Shown in pieces: positions 1 through 11,251 of a stretch of DNA of 32,000 bases. The DNA is from Candidatus Saccharimonadota bacterium (GTDB taxonomy: Bacteria; Pseudomonadota; Gammaproteobacteria; Enterobacterales; Enterobacteriaceae). The notes below the pieces were generated by a model that searched no databases, was not told the DNA's origin, and was given only the letters and a program-made list of their open reading frames with translations. The stretch spans positions 540,001-572,000 of the forward strand of contig NZ_CP097762.1 in NCBI RefSeq assembly GCF_023585745.1, in the 5' to 3' direction. Position 1 is the stretch's first letter; every line of letters begins with the position of its first letter. A program made the position numbers and the translations under genes.

Positions 1-1043
1 TTAAAAAAGGCATGAGTCATTAAATGTAGCATTGCTGCATACCAATGCCCACCTCCTAATGCCAGAAACATATATCCTATTTGACTTACAGTAGAATACG
101 CTAAAATTTTTTTAATATTACTTTGTAATAATGCTGAAAAACCAAATAACACTATTGTTAATGATCCAATTAAACCGATTAAATATAATATTTTCGGAGT
201 TACCAAAAAAAAATTGCTCATACGAATTATTAAATATACCCCAGCAGTTACCATAGTAGCTGAATGAATTAATGCTGAAACCGGTGTTGGCCCAACCATT
301 GCGCTTATTAACCAATTCTGTAAAGGCAATTGTGCCGATTTACCAAGAGCTCCAATCAATAACATAAAAGATATCCACGCTGTTAAATTTCCAAAATTAT
401 CATGTGATACATACTTTAATTCTAAACCTATTAATTCACTAAAATTTAAAGTGTGATATTGATGATAAATCATGAATAAAGCACATAGCATGCATATATC
501 TGAAAAACGTGTAATAATAAATGCTTTTAAAGCAGCTATGCCATTAATTTTATTTAAATGATAAAACCCAATTAACAGATAACTACATAGTCCTACAACT
601 TCCCAACCAAAATACATTAATAATAAATTCTCTGATAATACTAAAAGCACCATATTTGCTATGAATAAATTAGTATATGCAAAAAATCGAGCATACCCCT
701 CGCTACCACTCATATACCACGCTGAATACACATGAATAATTAACCCAATACCAATAATTATTGATAACATTATTAATGATAATCCATCTAATCTTAACGA
801 TATCGGAATACATACAAAATCCATAGGAATCCAATTCCACATGTTTTTGATAAAAACAAAATTTAAATCATCATAAAAACTATGATACGTATCAAATATT
901 ATATAAATAGTAACAAAACTTGATAGCCCTATAGATCCGACCCCAACTGCTGCAGAAATATTCTCTGACCATTTCCCCTGAGAAATAGCCAAAACAACAA
1001 ATCCCAACAACGGAAACAATATAGTTAATTCAAGAAAATTCAT
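1..1043 (-). CDS. nuoL: NADH-quinone oxidoreductase subunit L, 5' part only (C-terminus lies beyond the window start)
   Basis: My own minus-strand translation from the ATG at 1043 gives [37 protein letters not shown]...[38 protein letters not shown]...[16 protein letters not shown]. This is collinear with E. coli NuoL (MNMLALTIILPLIGFVLLAFSRGRWSENVSA...). The frame stays open to position 1. The ATG overlaps the nuoK stop (ATGA). It is absent from the ORF track because it is truncated. Confidence 0.93.
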   Translation of the reverse strand, partial: MNFLELTILFPLLGFVVLAISQGKWSENISAAVGVGSIGLSSFVTIYIIFDTYHSFYDDLNFVFIKNMWNWIPMDFVCIPISLRLDGLSLIMLSIIIGIGLIIHVYSAWYMSGSEGYARFFAYTNLFIANMVLLVLSENLLLMYFGWEVVGLCSYLLIGFYHLNKINGIAALKAFIITRFSDICMLCALFMIYHQYHTLNFSELIGLELKYVSHDNFGNLTAWISFMLLIGALGKSAQLPLQNWLISAMVGPTPVSALIHSATMVTAGVYLIIRMSNFFLVTPKILYLIGLIGSLTIVLFGFSALLQSNIKKILAYSTVSQIGYMFLALGGGHWYAAMLHLMTHAFF

Positions 1044-1342
1044 CCACGCATCTCTCCAATATTGTCGGTATGTAATGTACAATAACGACGATATAATTGA
1101 AGTAATAAAGCTAAAGCAATGGCAGATTCAGAAGCAGCTAAAGTAATTATTAAAATATACATAATCTGACCGTCTGTTTGATTTGTATATGCTCCAACTA
1201 TTACAAAAGCTAAAGCAGCAGAATTAATCATAATTTCTAGGGACAATAAGACAAATAACAAGTCACGCCTTATTATTACTCCTATTAAACCTAAAAAAAA
1301 TAAAATTACAGATAAACTTAAACCATGCGATAAAGGAATCAT
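1040..1342 (-). CDS. nuoK: NADH-quinone oxidoreductase subunit K
   Basis: 100-aa [33 protein letters not shown]...LLLQLYRR, near full-length match to E. coli NuoK (100 aa). ATGA overlaps with both nuoJ and nuoL. Confidence 0.95.
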   Translation of the reverse strand: MIPLSHGLSLSVILFFLGLIGVIIRRDLLFVLLSLEIMINSAALAFVIVGAYTNQTDGQIMYILIITLAASESAIALALLLQLYRRYCTLHTDNIGEMRG

Positions 1343-1896
1343 ATCCTATTTTCTTTTGACTTACTAGATACACTATAATTATTAGATAACTTATGTTCTT
1401 GTGCTAAATAAAAAACCGAGATTAAAGCACCTAATAATAAAAAAGATGCCAATTCTACTATAAATATATAAGGACCAAATAATGCTATACCTACTTGTTT
1501 AATGCCCACTGCTTGATTTTGTATACTTATAAAAGAATTTGGAATTTTAAAACATACATATAGTACAATTGCGCATAAAATACTATTTAAAATAATTATA
1601 CCACAGCACCAACTAAGTTTTATAAAATTATTTTTACCTGTATTTTTTATGCTAAATATAATGTTATTAGTATTAAGCATCATGACAGAAAATATAAACA
1701 AAATCATAATAGCTCCAGCATATATAATTACTTCTACAGCGCCAGCGATAGGTGCTCCTACAATAAAAAAAATACAGGATATTGCTAAAAAAGACATTAT
1801 CAAAAATAATAATGCATATACTGGATGACGATTGAGTATGACACATATTGTAGAAATTATTGCTAAAATCCCAAAAAAATAAAATAAAACTACCAT
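1339..1896 (-). CDS. nuoJ: NADH-quinone oxidoreductase subunit J
   Basis: 185-aa hydrophobic ORF in the conserved operon position between nuoI and nuoK. Size matches E. coli NuoJ (184 aa). Confidence 0.9.
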   Translation of the reverse strand: MVVLFYFFGILAIISTICVILNRHPVYALLFLIMSFLAISCIFFIVGAPIAGAVEVIIYAGAIMILFIFSVMMLNTNNIIFSIKNTGKNNFIKLSWCCGIIILNSILCAIVLYVCFKIPNSFISIQNQAVGIKQVGIALFGPYIFIVELASFLLLGALISVFYLAQEHKLSNNYSVSSKSKENRI

Positions 1897-1925
1897 TTTA
1901 TATTCACCTACACAATTTTATAAAA

Positions 1926-2471
1926 CTAAGGTAATATATTTTTGACATTTATAGGAACTGATTCATTATGTGCGCTACCTTTCTGTTTGCCTATATATGC
2001 ATGACCAGCAAATTTATAAAAATCATAATTATGTTGTTTACCAGGACCTGATATTAATAAATCAGATTTTTCATATACTAAATCACGTCTTTCAAAGTCA
2101 CTCATCTCAAAATCTGAAGTTAATTGTATAGCTTCTGTGGGACAAGCTTCTGCGCACATTCCACAAAAAATACATCGAGAAAAATTGATTCTAAAAAATT
2201 TAGGATACCATCTTCCATCAGATCTTTCCCCTTTTTGCAAAGCAATACACCCGACTGGACAAGCAGCAGCACACAAATTACAAGCTACACAACGTTCTTC
2301 ACCAGCTGGATCTCTAGTTAACACAATACGTCCTCGATATCTAGATGATGGAATATATGGAATATCTGGATACATTTGAGTTTCACGTTTACTAAACGCT
2401 TGTTTTCCTATCATCCATACACTACGCAAAATAGATACAATATCTAGAACAAATCTTTTTAGGATCATCAT
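1926..2471 (-). CDS. nuoI: NADH-quinone oxidoreductase subunit I (2x[4Fe-4S] ferredoxin-type)
   Basis: 181-aa ORF with two CxxCxxCxxxCP motifs ([24 protein letters not shown]). [25 protein letters not shown] is almost identical to E. coli NuoI. Confidence 0.96.
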   Translation of the reverse strand: MMILKRFVLDIVSILRSVWMIGKQAFSKRETQMYPDIPYIPSSRYRGRIVLTRDPAGEERCVACNLCAAACPVGCIALQKGERSDGRWYPKFFRINFSRCIFCGMCAEACPTEAIQLTSDFEMSDFERRDLVYEKSDLLISGPGKQHNYDFYKFAGHAYIGKQKGSAHNESVPINVKNILP

Positions 2472-2496
2472 AATAATATCACCACATTAAAAATAA

Positions 2497-3441
2497 TTAT
2501 ATTAAAACAATAAATGCAGTACTCAATAAATTAATCATTGCGACAGGAAAGAGAACGATCCAACCTATTCGCATAATTTGATCATAACGTGGTCTAGGTA
2601 ATGCTGCACGTATTAATATAAATAATACTAAAAATAAAAACACCTTAGCAGCAAACCAAATAAATGGAGAAAAAAATGGACCCTTCCAACCCCCAAAAAA
2701 TAACACTACAATAAAAGATGCAACCACTATCATAGTAATATATTCAGAAATAAAAAACAAACTAAATTTCATACCCGAATACTCAATATGATAACCATCT
2801 GCTAATTCTTGTTCTGTTTCTGGTTGATCGAACGGGTGTCTATGACATAAAGAAATTCCTGCAATGAAAAATGTAACAAATCCTAAAAATTGGGGTACTA
2901 TATTCCATATATAACATTGATCTTCAACAATTTTTTGTAAATTAAATGATCCAGATTTTGCAACTACACCCATTACAGACAATCCTAAAAACACTTCATA
3001 ACTTAATGTTTGTGCCGCAGCACGTACAGCGCCAATTAAAGCATATTTATTATTACTAGACCAACCAGCTAATAATACTGCATACACCATTAATCCTGAT
3101 GTCATTAAAAAAAATAACACACCAATATCACAATCCCAAATTAACCAAAAAGGAGTAAATGGAATATACAACACATTTATTAATGATAAAATAAACGCAA
3201 CTGTTGGAGCTAAAATAAATATAGTACGATCAGAAAAAGGAGGAATCCAATCCTCTTTAAAGAGGATTTTAATTAAATCAGCTAATAACTGTAATGATCC
3301 ATGCCAACCTACTCGATTAGGACCATAACGATTTTGAAACAACGCTAACAATCGACGTTCTAAAAAACTCATATATGATCCAAAAAACACCATTATAAAT
3401 AAAATTAAAAATGCTTGAATAACTGCATATAAGCATTGCAT
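2497..3441 (-). CDS. nuoH: NADH-quinone oxidoreductase subunit H
   Basis: 314-aa membrane ORF containing [31 protein letters not shown] and [28 protein letters not shown], matching E. coli NuoH. Confidence 0.95.
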   Translation of the reverse strand: MQCLYAVIQAFLILFIMVFFGSYMSFLERRLLALFQNRYGPNRVGWHGSLQLLADLIKILFKEDWIPPFSDRTIFILAPTVAFILSLINVLYIPFTPFWLIWDCDIGVLFFLMTSGLMVYAVLLAGWSSNNKYALIGAVRAAAQTLSYEVFLGLSVMGVVAKSGSFNLQKIVEDQCYIWNIVPQFLGFVTFFIAGISLCHRHPFDQPETEQELADGYHIEYSGMKFSLFFISEYITMIVVASFIVVLFFGGWKGPFFSPFIWFAAKVFLFLVLFILIRAALPRPRYDQIMRIGWIVLFPVAMINLLSTAFIVLI

Positions 3442-3464
3442 AATATTTTCTCAACTATACACAA

Positions 3465-6233
3465 TCATAATATAATTCCTGATACATCATAAGCATACAT
3501 ACCAGATAAAAACACTGGAATATCTGGAAAACCTATTGGTAATCCAATATGATGTATAGGCAAATTATGACTTAATTTTATAGGTAAACATAATATTTGC
3601 TCAGAACACGTAAATCGAAGTAACATATTTTCTTTTATTTTTAAATAAGAAGCATCTCGTGGATTAAGCATAGCATAAGGACCAGGCATACAATCTCGGA
3701 TTGCCTGAGACTTCTGAGAAGTTTCTTCGCTACCAAATAAATGCCAATACGGCACAATTGTCCATTGTTTAACATGTTTAACAGACTTATTGATAGATTC
3801 AGGAATTATATTAAACCAATTAAACTCCCTAATATTATTATCATTACAAATTATTCTAACTCCTGGATTACCAGAACATAAATTGCCACCTACTTCATCT
3901 TGAAATTTATTCCAAGCTTGAGGCGAATTCCAACCAGGAGCCCAAGCAAATGCTATTTGCTTATGTAAAGATTTAACATTATGACTGCCTTCCATAGAAA
4001 ATGAAAACATTGTATTCTTATCTTCTACAGTATAAGGTTCATGTACATTACTATTTGCATGAATAGCCGTACGACCACTATAACGATGTGGAGCACGTGC
4101 TAATTTTTGACCATAGACACGGAATGATGCATCCGGCGCAGCTTTTTTAATATTTACTAACTCTGGAAAAATACAAATAACAGAATCTATTACTTGATCA
4201 ATACACAGATTTTCTGTTCTAACATTATTTAAATAATAATCCTGTATCAAATACAACCATCTCCAACTCTCTAATACAGTTGCATTTTTGTTATAATCAC
4301 ACGATTTGAACAAACGAAAAAACCTCTGAGCCCGCCCTTCATAATTAATCACAGTCCCATCACTTTCAGCAAAACTAGATGATGATAAAAATAAATCAGC
4401 TTTTTTATGAATCACATGATATTGATGATCTAACATAATTAAATAATTAATCTTATTTAATATAGCATTAACTTTATTTTTTGAAGCATGACGATATAAA
4501 TCATTTTCCAATACAACTAAACCAATAGACTCAGTATTACTATTACAAATATCTATAACAACATCATCAAGATTTTTTTTACTTAACACCATTGCACCAA
4601 TACTATTCACATCACTTACAATAAAAGTAATACCCACATTACTACCGCGATTTCTTAAAGCATAAGCAATATTCGCGGATGCTGTAATTAATTCCTTACT
4701 ACCAGCGTTACTTCCAGAAATAATTAACGGCTTACGTGCTTGCATCAATATATTTACAGCTACCTCTAATTTTTTATTTAATTCAGTATCAAAATCTTTA
4801 ACTTCAGGCGCATTACCATCTATTGCGTGTGCAATAGCAAAACCAAACCTTGCCTGATTTTGTAGTGAATCATAATAAGTCAATATCGCAATATCATCTA
4901 ATTTAGTTTTATCTATTCCAGTAATTAACAAAAAATTATTTTTAAAATTTTGAGAATTATTTAGAACAGCAGCTGATTGCCAAGAATAAATACCTTGCTT
5001 CTTTGACTGATCAAAAAGATTACTTTTCATTGCTTGACGCACTGATAATGCCATTCGAGCGCCAGTTTGAGTAATATCTTCACCTAATATTAATATAACA
5101 TCATAACTTTCTATTTCATGCAAAGTCGGAATATAAAAATTCTTATTACACAATATTTGATATATTAATAATAACCTTTCGTATTCAAAACCACTAATGC
5201 CAATATAAAAGTTCTCTGAACCCACTAGTTGTGATAAAGCAAAATTACTTTCTATACTAGCACGAGCAGAACCAATACCAATAATTCTACTACAATTATT
5301 TTTTAAATTATCTGCTGCTAATTTTACAGCCTGCATACTATTTAAAATAACCCAGTCATCACCTTGTTTTTTGATAGGATTCTTGGGGTTTTCAGAAAAA
5401 TTTACATAATCACAACCAAATCTTCCACGATCACACAAAAAATAACCATTAATATCGCTATTATATCTATTTTCAACGCGACACAAATTACCATAACGCT
5501 CACCTATAATAATATTACATCCAATACTGCACTGATGACAAATACTAGGAGCAAATAAAGTATCCCATTTACGCGTATAATACTTCGACTGAGTTTTATC
5601 AGTAAAAACGCCTGTGGGACATATCTCTATTAAATTTCCGGAAAACTCACTTTGTAACATACCATCCTTGACTCGTCCAAAATAAATATTATCATGTACC
5701 CCGAACACCCCTAAATCGTCACCACCAGCATAATCTTGATAATAACGAATACAACGATAACATGTAATACATCGATTCATTTCATGTGAAATCAATGGTC
5801 CTAAATATTGATTATAATGCGTGCGTTTAGAAAATCTATACCGACGATATGTTTGACTAACCATGACCGTTACATCCTGAAGATGGCAATTACCACCTTC
5901 TTCACATACAGGGCAATCATGTGGATGATTAATCATTAACAATTCTATTATATTCTTTCTGAACTCTTTTACTTCATCATCAAAAAGTATAAAAAAATTA
6001 CCTGGAGATATTGAGGTCATACAGGACATAACTATATTTCCAGATCCACTATTATATTGCTCAATATTGGCATATTGTTTTACCGCGCATTGTCTACACG
6101 CTCCAATACTTCCTAACACAGGATGCCAACAAAAATAAGGAATATCAAACCCAAGAGATAAACATACCTCTAATATATTTTTAGAATTCTCTACTAAATA
6201 TTTCTGTCCTTCTATATAAATAGAAACCATCAT
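3465..6233 (-). CDS. nuoG: NADH-quinone oxidoreductase subunit G
   Basis: 922-aa ORF. It has the N-terminal 2Fe-2S/4Fe-4S cysteine clusters (CWHP...[34 protein letters not shown]) and a size close to E. coli NuoG (about 908 aa). Confidence 0.95.
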   Translation of the reverse strand: MMVSIYIEGQKYLVENSKNILEVCLSLGFDIPYFCWHPVLGSIGACRQCAVKQYANIEQYNSGSGNIVMSCMTSISPGNFFILFDDEVKEFRKNIIELLMINHPHDCPVCEEGGNCHLQDVTVMVSQTYRRYRFSKRTHYNQYLGPLISHEMNRCITCYRCIRYYQDYAGGDDLGVFGVHDNIYFGRVKDGMLQSEFSGNLIEICPTGVFTDKTQSKYYTRKWDTLFAPSICHQCSIGCNIIIGERYGNLCRVENRYNSDINGYFLCDRGRFGCDYVNFSENPKNPIKKQGDDWVILNSMQAVKLAADNLKNNCSRIIGIGSARASIESNFALSQLVGSENFYIGISGFEYERLLLIYQILCNKNFYIPTLHEIESYDVILILGEDITQTGARMALSVRQAMKSNLFDQSKKQGIYSWQSAAVLNNSQNFKNNFLLITGIDKTKLDDIAILTYYDSLQNQARFGFAIAHAIDGNAPEVKDFDTELNKKLEVAVNILMQARKPLIISGSNAGSKELITASANIAYALRNRGSNVGITFIVSDVNSIGAMVLSKKNLDDVVIDICNSNTESIGLVVLENDLYRHASKNKVNAILNKINYLIMLDHQYHVIHKKADLFLSSSSFAESDGTVINYEGRAQRFFRLFKSCDYNKNATVLESWRWLYLIQDYYLNNVRTENLCIDQVIDSVICIFPELVNIKKAAPDASFRVYGQKLARAPHRYSGRTAIHANSNVHEPYTVEDKNTMFSFSMEGSHNVKSLHKQIAFAWAPGWNSPQAWNKFQDEVGGNLCSGNPGVRIICNDNNIREFNWFNIIPESINKSVKHVKQWTIVPYWHLFGSEETSQKSQAIRDCMPGPYAMLNPRDASYLKIKENMLLRFTCSEQILCLPIKLSHNLPIHHIGLPIGFPDIPVFLSGMYAYDVSGIIL

Positions 6234-6337
6234 TTCAATATACCAATATATATATTATATACATTACAATACTAGTATTAAATATGAATAAATATATCTT
6301 TTAAATATATTAACCACAACCTATCTTCAAAAAAAGA

Positions 6338-7681
6338 TTAATCCAATTGTATAAAATTAATATCATTATTCATTTTTTTACACATATTAAATTCACAAAT
6401 ACCCAATTCAAATTCATGACGAAAATATTTTAATGCGCTTTTCAAAGGACCTACAGCTCCTGGTGCGTGTGCGCAAAAAGTTTTTCCAGGACCTAGTAAA
6501 TAACATAATCTTTCTAATAACTCTATATCCCCATTTTTGGCCTTTTTATGTTCTAAAGCAATTAATAATTTTACTATCCAAGGTAATCCATCTCTGCATG
6601 GAGTACACCATCCGCACGATTCTCTAGAAAAAAACTCTTCCAAATTACGCATGAATGACACTATACTTACAGTATTATCTATTACTATAGCCATACCTGT
6701 CCCAAATCTACTACCAAGATTCTGAATATTTTGAAAATCCATCGGTGTATCTAAATTAGTTTGCAGTAAAAAATCTGTACTAACACCACCTGGTTGCCAG
6801 GCTTTTACAAAAAATCCAACACGCATACCCTGAGCATAATCTTCTAAAATTTCTCTAGCAGTTGTTCCAAAGGGCAATTCCCAAACTCCAGGATTATTAA
6901 CTTTTCCAGAAAAACCCATCAATTTTGTACCAGAATCATTACTGTTTTTGGCAGATAAATTTTTGTACCAAGACACTCCATGCTCAATAATACCTGGAAT
7001 ATTACATAATGTTTCTACGTTATTCACACAAGTCGGTTTACCCCATAAACCCATATCACTCGGAAATGGGGGTTTAGCCCTAGGTATACCACGACGACCC
7101 TCTAATGAATTAATTAATGCTGTTTCTTCTCCACAAATATAACGCCCTGCACCAGTATGCAAATATAAATCTAAATTAAATCCGCTATTTAAAATATTTT
7201 TGCCAAGCAATCCAATTTCGTGAATTTCATTAATAGCGCGTGTTAAATATGCGGCTGCTGTCATATATTCATATCGTAAAAAGATATACGCACAAGTTAC
7301 CTGTAAAGCATAACTTGAAATTAATATTCCTTCTAACAATAAATGAGGTAAATTTTCCATCAAAAATTTATCTTTGTAGGTACCCGGCTCCATTTCATCT
7401 GCATTACATATTAAATAACGAGCATCATTAGATTTATTTTGAAACATTATTGACCATTTTGTCCCAGTAAGAAACCCACCACCACCACGACCCCTTAAAC
7501 CAGACTCCTGAATTAATTTCACTATCTCCTCTGGAGACATATAATTTATCGCTGTATATACTGATTTATACCCATTTTTAGCCTTATACTCACGTAACCA
7601 TACAGGCTTTTTTTTATCAAAATGCATTCTCCAAGTTAACGGATGACTTTCTGGACGAACATTATTATGTATTTTACTCAT
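6338..7681 (-). CDS. nuoF: NADH-quinone oxidoreductase subunit F (NADH/FMN-binding)
   Basis: The ORF track gives 6338..7729, but alignment to E. coli NuoF (MKNIIRTPETHPLTWRL...) supports the internal start [19 protein letters not shown] at 7681. That start forms an ATGA overlap with the nuoE stop. Motifs [22 protein letters not shown] and [11 protein letters not shown] are present. Confidence 0.95.
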   Translation of the reverse strand: MSKIHNNVRPESHPLTWRMHFDKKKPVWLREYKAKNGYKSVYTAINYMSPEEIVKLIQESGLRGRGGGGFLTGTKWSIMFQNKSNDARYLICNADEMEPGTYKDKFLMENLPHLLLEGILISSYALQVTCAYIFLRYEYMTAAAYLTRAINEIHEIGLLGKNILNSGFNLDLYLHTGAGRYICGEETALINSLEGRRGIPRAKPPFPSDMGLWGKPTCVNNVETLCNIPGIIEHGVSWYKNLSAKNSNDSGTKLMGFSGKVNNPGVWELPFGTTAREILEDYAQGMRVGFFVKAWQPGGVSTDFLLQTNLDTPMDFQNIQNLGSRFGTGMAIVIDNTVSIVSFMRNLEEFFSRESCGWCTPCRDGLPWIVKLLIALEHKKAKNGDIELLERLCYLLGPGKTFCAHAPGAVGPLKSALKYFRHEFELGICEFNMCKKMNNDINFIQLD

Positions 7682-8208
7682 AAATACTTTCCTAATAATT
7701 TTGAAATTGTCTCCGGTACTACATAACAATAAATATCTTGATTTACCATAATTACAGGAGCTTTATCGCACATCCCTAAACAACAAGTCGGTAATAAAGT
7801 AAAATTATTATCTGCAGTCGTCTCTCCTGCGCATATCCCTCCTAAAATATTAATTAATTTATTTTTAATATTTTCATACCCAGTAAGGTAACACACTGCA
7901 CTATCACAATAACGAATTATATAACGTCCAACAGGCTGACGAAAAATTTGATTATAAAAAGTAGCTACTCCCTCTAAATCAACAGTGGAAATACGCAAAA
8001 TTTTTGCAATAGATACTATCGCATTGTCTGATACCCAACCCCTATTTTTTTGCACAATTTTTAAAGCTTCAATAGAAGCTGCACGATTATTTTTGTAAAA
8101 AGTACACTCCTTTCTAATAGCATTATGTTCTTCTGTGCTTAGCTGAAAATCATGCGTACCACTTGTTTTTCTAACAATTTTCTTATTATAAATATTGATA
8201 TTACTCAT
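7678..8208 (-). CDS. nuoE: NADH-quinone oxidoreductase subunit E (2Fe-2S)
   Basis: 176-aa [53 protein letters not shown] and [14 protein letters not shown] match E. coli NuoE. Confidence 0.95.
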   Translation of the reverse strand: MSNINIYNKKIVRKTSGTHDFQLSTEEHNAIRKECTFYKNNRAASIEALKIVQKNRGWVSDNAIVSIAKILRISTVDLEGVATFYNQIFRQPVGRYIIRYCDSAVCYLTGYENIKNKLINILGGICAGETTADNNFTLLPTCCLGMCDKAPVIMVNQDIYCYVVPETISKLLGKYL

Positions 8209-8220
8209 ATTACTCCAACA

Positions 8221-10008
8221 TTAACGATCTACATCAGACATAACAAAATCAATACTACCTAAATATACGATTAAATCCGATATTAAGCTACCACGAATTA
8301 CAAAAGGAATCTGCTGTAAATGTGGAAAACTCGGCGTACGAATACGTGTACGATAACTCATAGAACCACCATCACTAATTAAATAATAACTATTAATACC
8401 TTTGGTAGCTTCAATCATTTGTAATGATTCATTGGGAGGTATTATCGGTCCCCAAGCTACTTGAACGAAATGTGTAATAAGTGTTTCAATATGTTTTAAA
8501 GCATATTCTTTTATAGGAGGAGTGGTCAACGGATGATCAACTTTAAAAGTTCCCATAGGCATATTCTGTAAACATTGTTCCAAAATTCGCACACTTTGAT
8601 AAATTTCTTCTACCTTTAACATAACTCTACTATATGAATCACTAATTCCATTGCCTATTGGAATATCAAAGTCAAAATTTTCGTAACCAGAATAAGGACG
8701 TACTTTACGTATATCAAAATCAATACCAGTTGCACGCAATCCAGCTCCAGTTATTCCCCAATCCAAAGCATCTTGTGCCGTATAAGCTCCTACACCACAA
8801 GCACGTTTTTTTAAAATACTATTTTTTAACACCGATTTCACATAAAAATCAACACGACTCGGTATCCAATCTAAACATTTCTTTAATAAAGTACTCCAAT
8901 TTTTAGGTAAATCATTTGCAAGTCCTCCTATTCTAAACCATGCTGGATGCATACGGGCTCCAGTAATTAATTCAATAACATCATAAATTTTCTGCCGATC
9001 AGTAAATGCTAAAAACACCGGCGTCATAGCGCCTACATCCTGTAAGTAAGTACTAATATATAACAAATGACTATTAATTCTAAATAATTCTGACAACATA
9101 ACGCGAATTACTTTTATTCTATCTGATACAGTAATGCCAGCAAGTTTTTCCACAGCTAATATATACGGCATTTCATTGATACAACCGCCTAAATACTCAA
9201 CACGATCAGTATAAGGTATATAACTATGCCAAGTTTGCCTTTCTCCCATTTTTTCCACACCTCTATGGTGATAACCAATATCTGGCACGCAATTTATAAT
9301 TTCTTCTCCGCTTAATTGTAAAATAATACGAAATACTCCATGTACTGACGGGTGATTAGGACCTAAATTGAGAAACATAAAATTTTCATCCTCATTATAT
9401 TTCCGCATTCCCCAATCTTCTGGTTTAAACAATAATGCTTCCATTGCTAATTTTTCTTTTTCTCTATTCAAAGTAAAAGGATAAAATTCTGTAGCGCGAG
9501 CTGGGTACTCTTTACGTAAAGGATGTCCTACCCAATCTTTTGGCATAATAATACGTCTTAAATTAGAACGATACTTAAAATATATTCCAAACATATCCCA
9601 AATTTCTCTCTCATACCAATCTGCGTTCATAAATACAGATACTATTGTAGGAATATGTAAAGATTCTTCAAATAACGGAACTTTTATGATTATATCATTA
9701 TTACGCAATATAGAAATAATATGATAAAATACTGTGAAATCTGATTTAGGTAACCCATCACGATGAGTACGCAATCTCTCATCTATTGCGTGTAAATCGT
9801 ATAACATAACATATGGTTGTGAGATTTTTTTTAAAAATTTTAATACAGCAATTAATATTTCACGTTTAATCCAAATAATCAAAGATTCCTGTATACAAGT
9901 AGTTTGTATAGTAAAAGAACTAGCACCAAACACAGAAAATAAAGCATTTAATACTGATGAATAATGATTCTGAATATAAGACTGTTGTTGTGTATATTTA
10001 TTGCACAT
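8221..10008 (-). CDS. nuoC: NADH-quinone oxidoreductase fused subunit C/D
   Basis: 595-aa ORF collinear with the enterobacterial fused NuoCD (about 596-600 aa), e.g. [19 protein letters not shown]...[26 protein letters not shown]...[13 protein letters not shown]. Confidence 0.96.
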   Translation of the reverse strand: MCNKYTQQQSYIQNHYSSVLNALFSVFGASSFTIQTTCIQESLIIWIKREILIAVLKFLKKISQPYVMLYDLHAIDERLRTHRDGLPKSDFTVFYHIISILRNNDIIIKVPLFEESLHIPTIVSVFMNADWYEREIWDMFGIYFKYRSNLRRIIMPKDWVGHPLRKEYPARATEFYPFTLNREKEKLAMEALLFKPEDWGMRKYNEDENFMFLNLGPNHPSVHGVFRIILQLSGEEIINCVPDIGYHHRGVEKMGERQTWHSYIPYTDRVEYLGGCINEMPYILAVEKLAGITVSDRIKVIRVMLSELFRINSHLLYISTYLQDVGAMTPVFLAFTDRQKIYDVIELITGARMHPAWFRIGGLANDLPKNWSTLLKKCLDWIPSRVDFYVKSVLKNSILKKRACGVGAYTAQDALDWGITGAGLRATGIDFDIRKVRPYSGYENFDFDIPIGNGISDSYSRVMLKVEEIYQSVRILEQCLQNMPMGTFKVDHPLTTPPIKEYALKHIETLITHFVQVAWGPIIPPNESLQMIEATKGINSYYLISDGGSMSYRTRIRTPSFPHLQQIPFVIRGSLISDLIVYLGSIDFVMSDVDR

Positions 10009-10109
10009 TCTATGTATTATAGATTACATAATTTATTTCAAGTGCTGTTAATATTACCAATACTAATTAATACTACATATGACTTTATTAACGACAACAA
10101 TAAAACCAA

Positions 10110-10676
10110 TCATTCATTTTCAGAATCTAATATAGTTTCAGCCATACGTTTAGCACTTTTATTTTGACGTTCTGATTGCATATTTTTTTTATATATACCC
10201 GTATTACCTAAAACCCAAGACAATGGACGTCTTTCTTGGCTAATTGCTTTCTTTAATAATAACAAACCTTGAATATATGCTTCCGGTCTAGGAGGACAAC
10301 CTGGGATATAAACATCCACTGGCAAAAATTTATCTACTCCTTGTACCACTGAATAAATATCATACATACCACCAGAATTAGCGCAAGCTCCCATAGAAAT
10401 CACCCACTTGGGCTCTAACATTTGATCGTACAATCGTTGAATCACCGGAACCATTTTAATAAAAGGAGTACCCGCGATAACCATAAGATCTGCTTGTCTC
10501 GGTGATGCGCGTAATACTTCAGATCCAAATCGAGCTACATCATGAACCGAAGTGAATGCCGTAGTCATTTCAACATAACAACACGACAATCCAAAATTAT
10601 AAGGCCATATAGAATTACTGCGACCCCAATTCACAATTTTATGTAACATTACACTTAATTTTCCAAAAAAAAACAT
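10110..10676 (-). CDS. nuoB: NADH-quinone oxidoreductase subunit B, intact conserved core ORF (188 aa) from an internal ATG
   Basis: [33 protein letters not shown]...[11 protein letters not shown]...PGCPPRPEA matches E. coli NuoB residues about 40-220, including the N2 cluster cysteines. The ancestral N-terminus lies upstream but is frame-disrupted (next feature). Confidence 0.9.
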   Translation of the reverse strand: MFFFGKLSVMLHKIVNWGRSNSIWPYNFGLSCCYVEMTTAFTSVHDVARFGSEVLRASPRQADLMVIAGTPFIKMVPVIQRLYDQMLEPKWVISMGACANSGGMYDIYSVVQGVDKFLPVDVYIPGCPPRPEAYIQGLLLLKKAISQERRPLSWVLGNTGIYKKNMQSERQNKSAKRMAETILDSENE

Positions 10677-10787
10677 TCCGTTGTACTTTTTCTTCTAAAG
10701 GATCAGAGACAACATAATTTTTTTGTAGAGGATACAAATCATTTTTTTATCATTACTAGTTTTAGCTACTGTTAAAGTATACTTCAT
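10677..10787 (-). other. nuoB: Ancestral 5' end of nuoB, split from the core ORF by two compensating frameshifts in homopolymer runs
   Basis: The ATG at 10787 has AGGA 7 nt upstream and encodes MKYTLTVAKTSNDKK (E. coli MDYTLTRIDPNGEND). After an A7 run (plus-strand T7, 10742-10748) homology continues only in a shifted frame, [25 protein letters not shown] (E. coli [25 protein letters not shown]). After a T9 run (plus-strand A9, 10665-10673) it returns to the original frame. Unshifted reading hits TAG at 10695-10697. Confidence 0.8.
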
Positions 10788-10839
10788 AAATTATTCCTGA
10801 TAAAATGCTCTAAAGCATTAATAATTATACTAAATAATA

Positions 10840-11251
10840 CTAATAATTATTTTTTGATATAGTCACAGGCTTTTTTATCCAATTAAACACATCCATTCTT
10901 ATTAAATACAATAAACCTACCAACAAAACTAACACAAAAACAAACATTTCGATAAATCCTAACCATCCAACATCACGTATAGATATCGACCATATATATA
11001 TATATACCTTCCACATCAAAAATTACAAAAACCATCGCTATCAAATAAAATTTTATAAAAAATTTAACTTTTACGCTCCCTAAAGACTCAACACCAGATT
11101 CAAATGGTACATTTTTAGAATACGCAATAGAACGCCCGCCTAAAAAATGTCCACACAATAACATAAAACCACACAAAATTATAATTCCAAATACAAATGC
11201 TAGAATACCACAGCATTGAGGACTTAAACATATCATACAATCCCACCACAC
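10840..11251 (-). pseudogene. nuoA: NADH-quinone oxidoreductase subunit A, frameshifted inside a (TA)7 repeat (412 nt, not a multiple of 3)
   Basis: The upstream frame (GTG 11251 or ATG 11236, to TGA at 10973) gives ...[51 protein letters not shown], then a nonsense tail. The +1 frame after the repeat gives [42 protein letters not shown], ending at TAG 10840-10842. That matches E. coli NuoA [40 protein letters not shown]. Confidence 0.85.
10992..11006. repeat. (AT)7A dinucleotide microsatellite at the nuoA frameshift site
   Basis: Direct read: the run atatatatatatata, flanked as ccatatatatatatatacctt. One more TA unit would restore GIYIYIWS, which aligns without gaps to E. coli ALYLFAWS. Confidence 0.9.

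Noticed and set aside
118-315. 65-aa minus-strand ORF from the track
   Set aside because: It lies inside nuoL in a different reading frame. The nuoL frame gives a continuous strong match to E. coli NuoL across this region.
2124-2379. Two plus-strand ORFs (65 and 80 aa) antisense to nuoI
   Set aside because: They are entirely antisense to a well-conserved CDS, have low-complexity Ser/Thr-rich products, and lack an SD. Typical shadow ORFs.
7682-7729. 16-codon N-terminal extension of the nuoF ORF ([16 protein letters not shown])
   Set aside because: It overlaps the 3' end of nuoE. The E. coli NuoF alignment begins at the internal Met (7681), which forms the ATGA coupling junction typical of this operon.
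5364-9000. Plus-strand ORFs 5364..5558, 6433..6627, 6537..6725, 6948..7142, 7240..7431 and 8658..8906
   Set aside because: All are short antisense shadow ORFs within nuoG, nuoF or nuoCD, with no recognisable protein features.
9964-10167. 67-aa plus-strand ORF spanning the nuoB-nuoCD spacer
   Set aside because: It overlaps the ends of two minus-strand genes, is AT-rich low complexity, and has no SD or homology signal.
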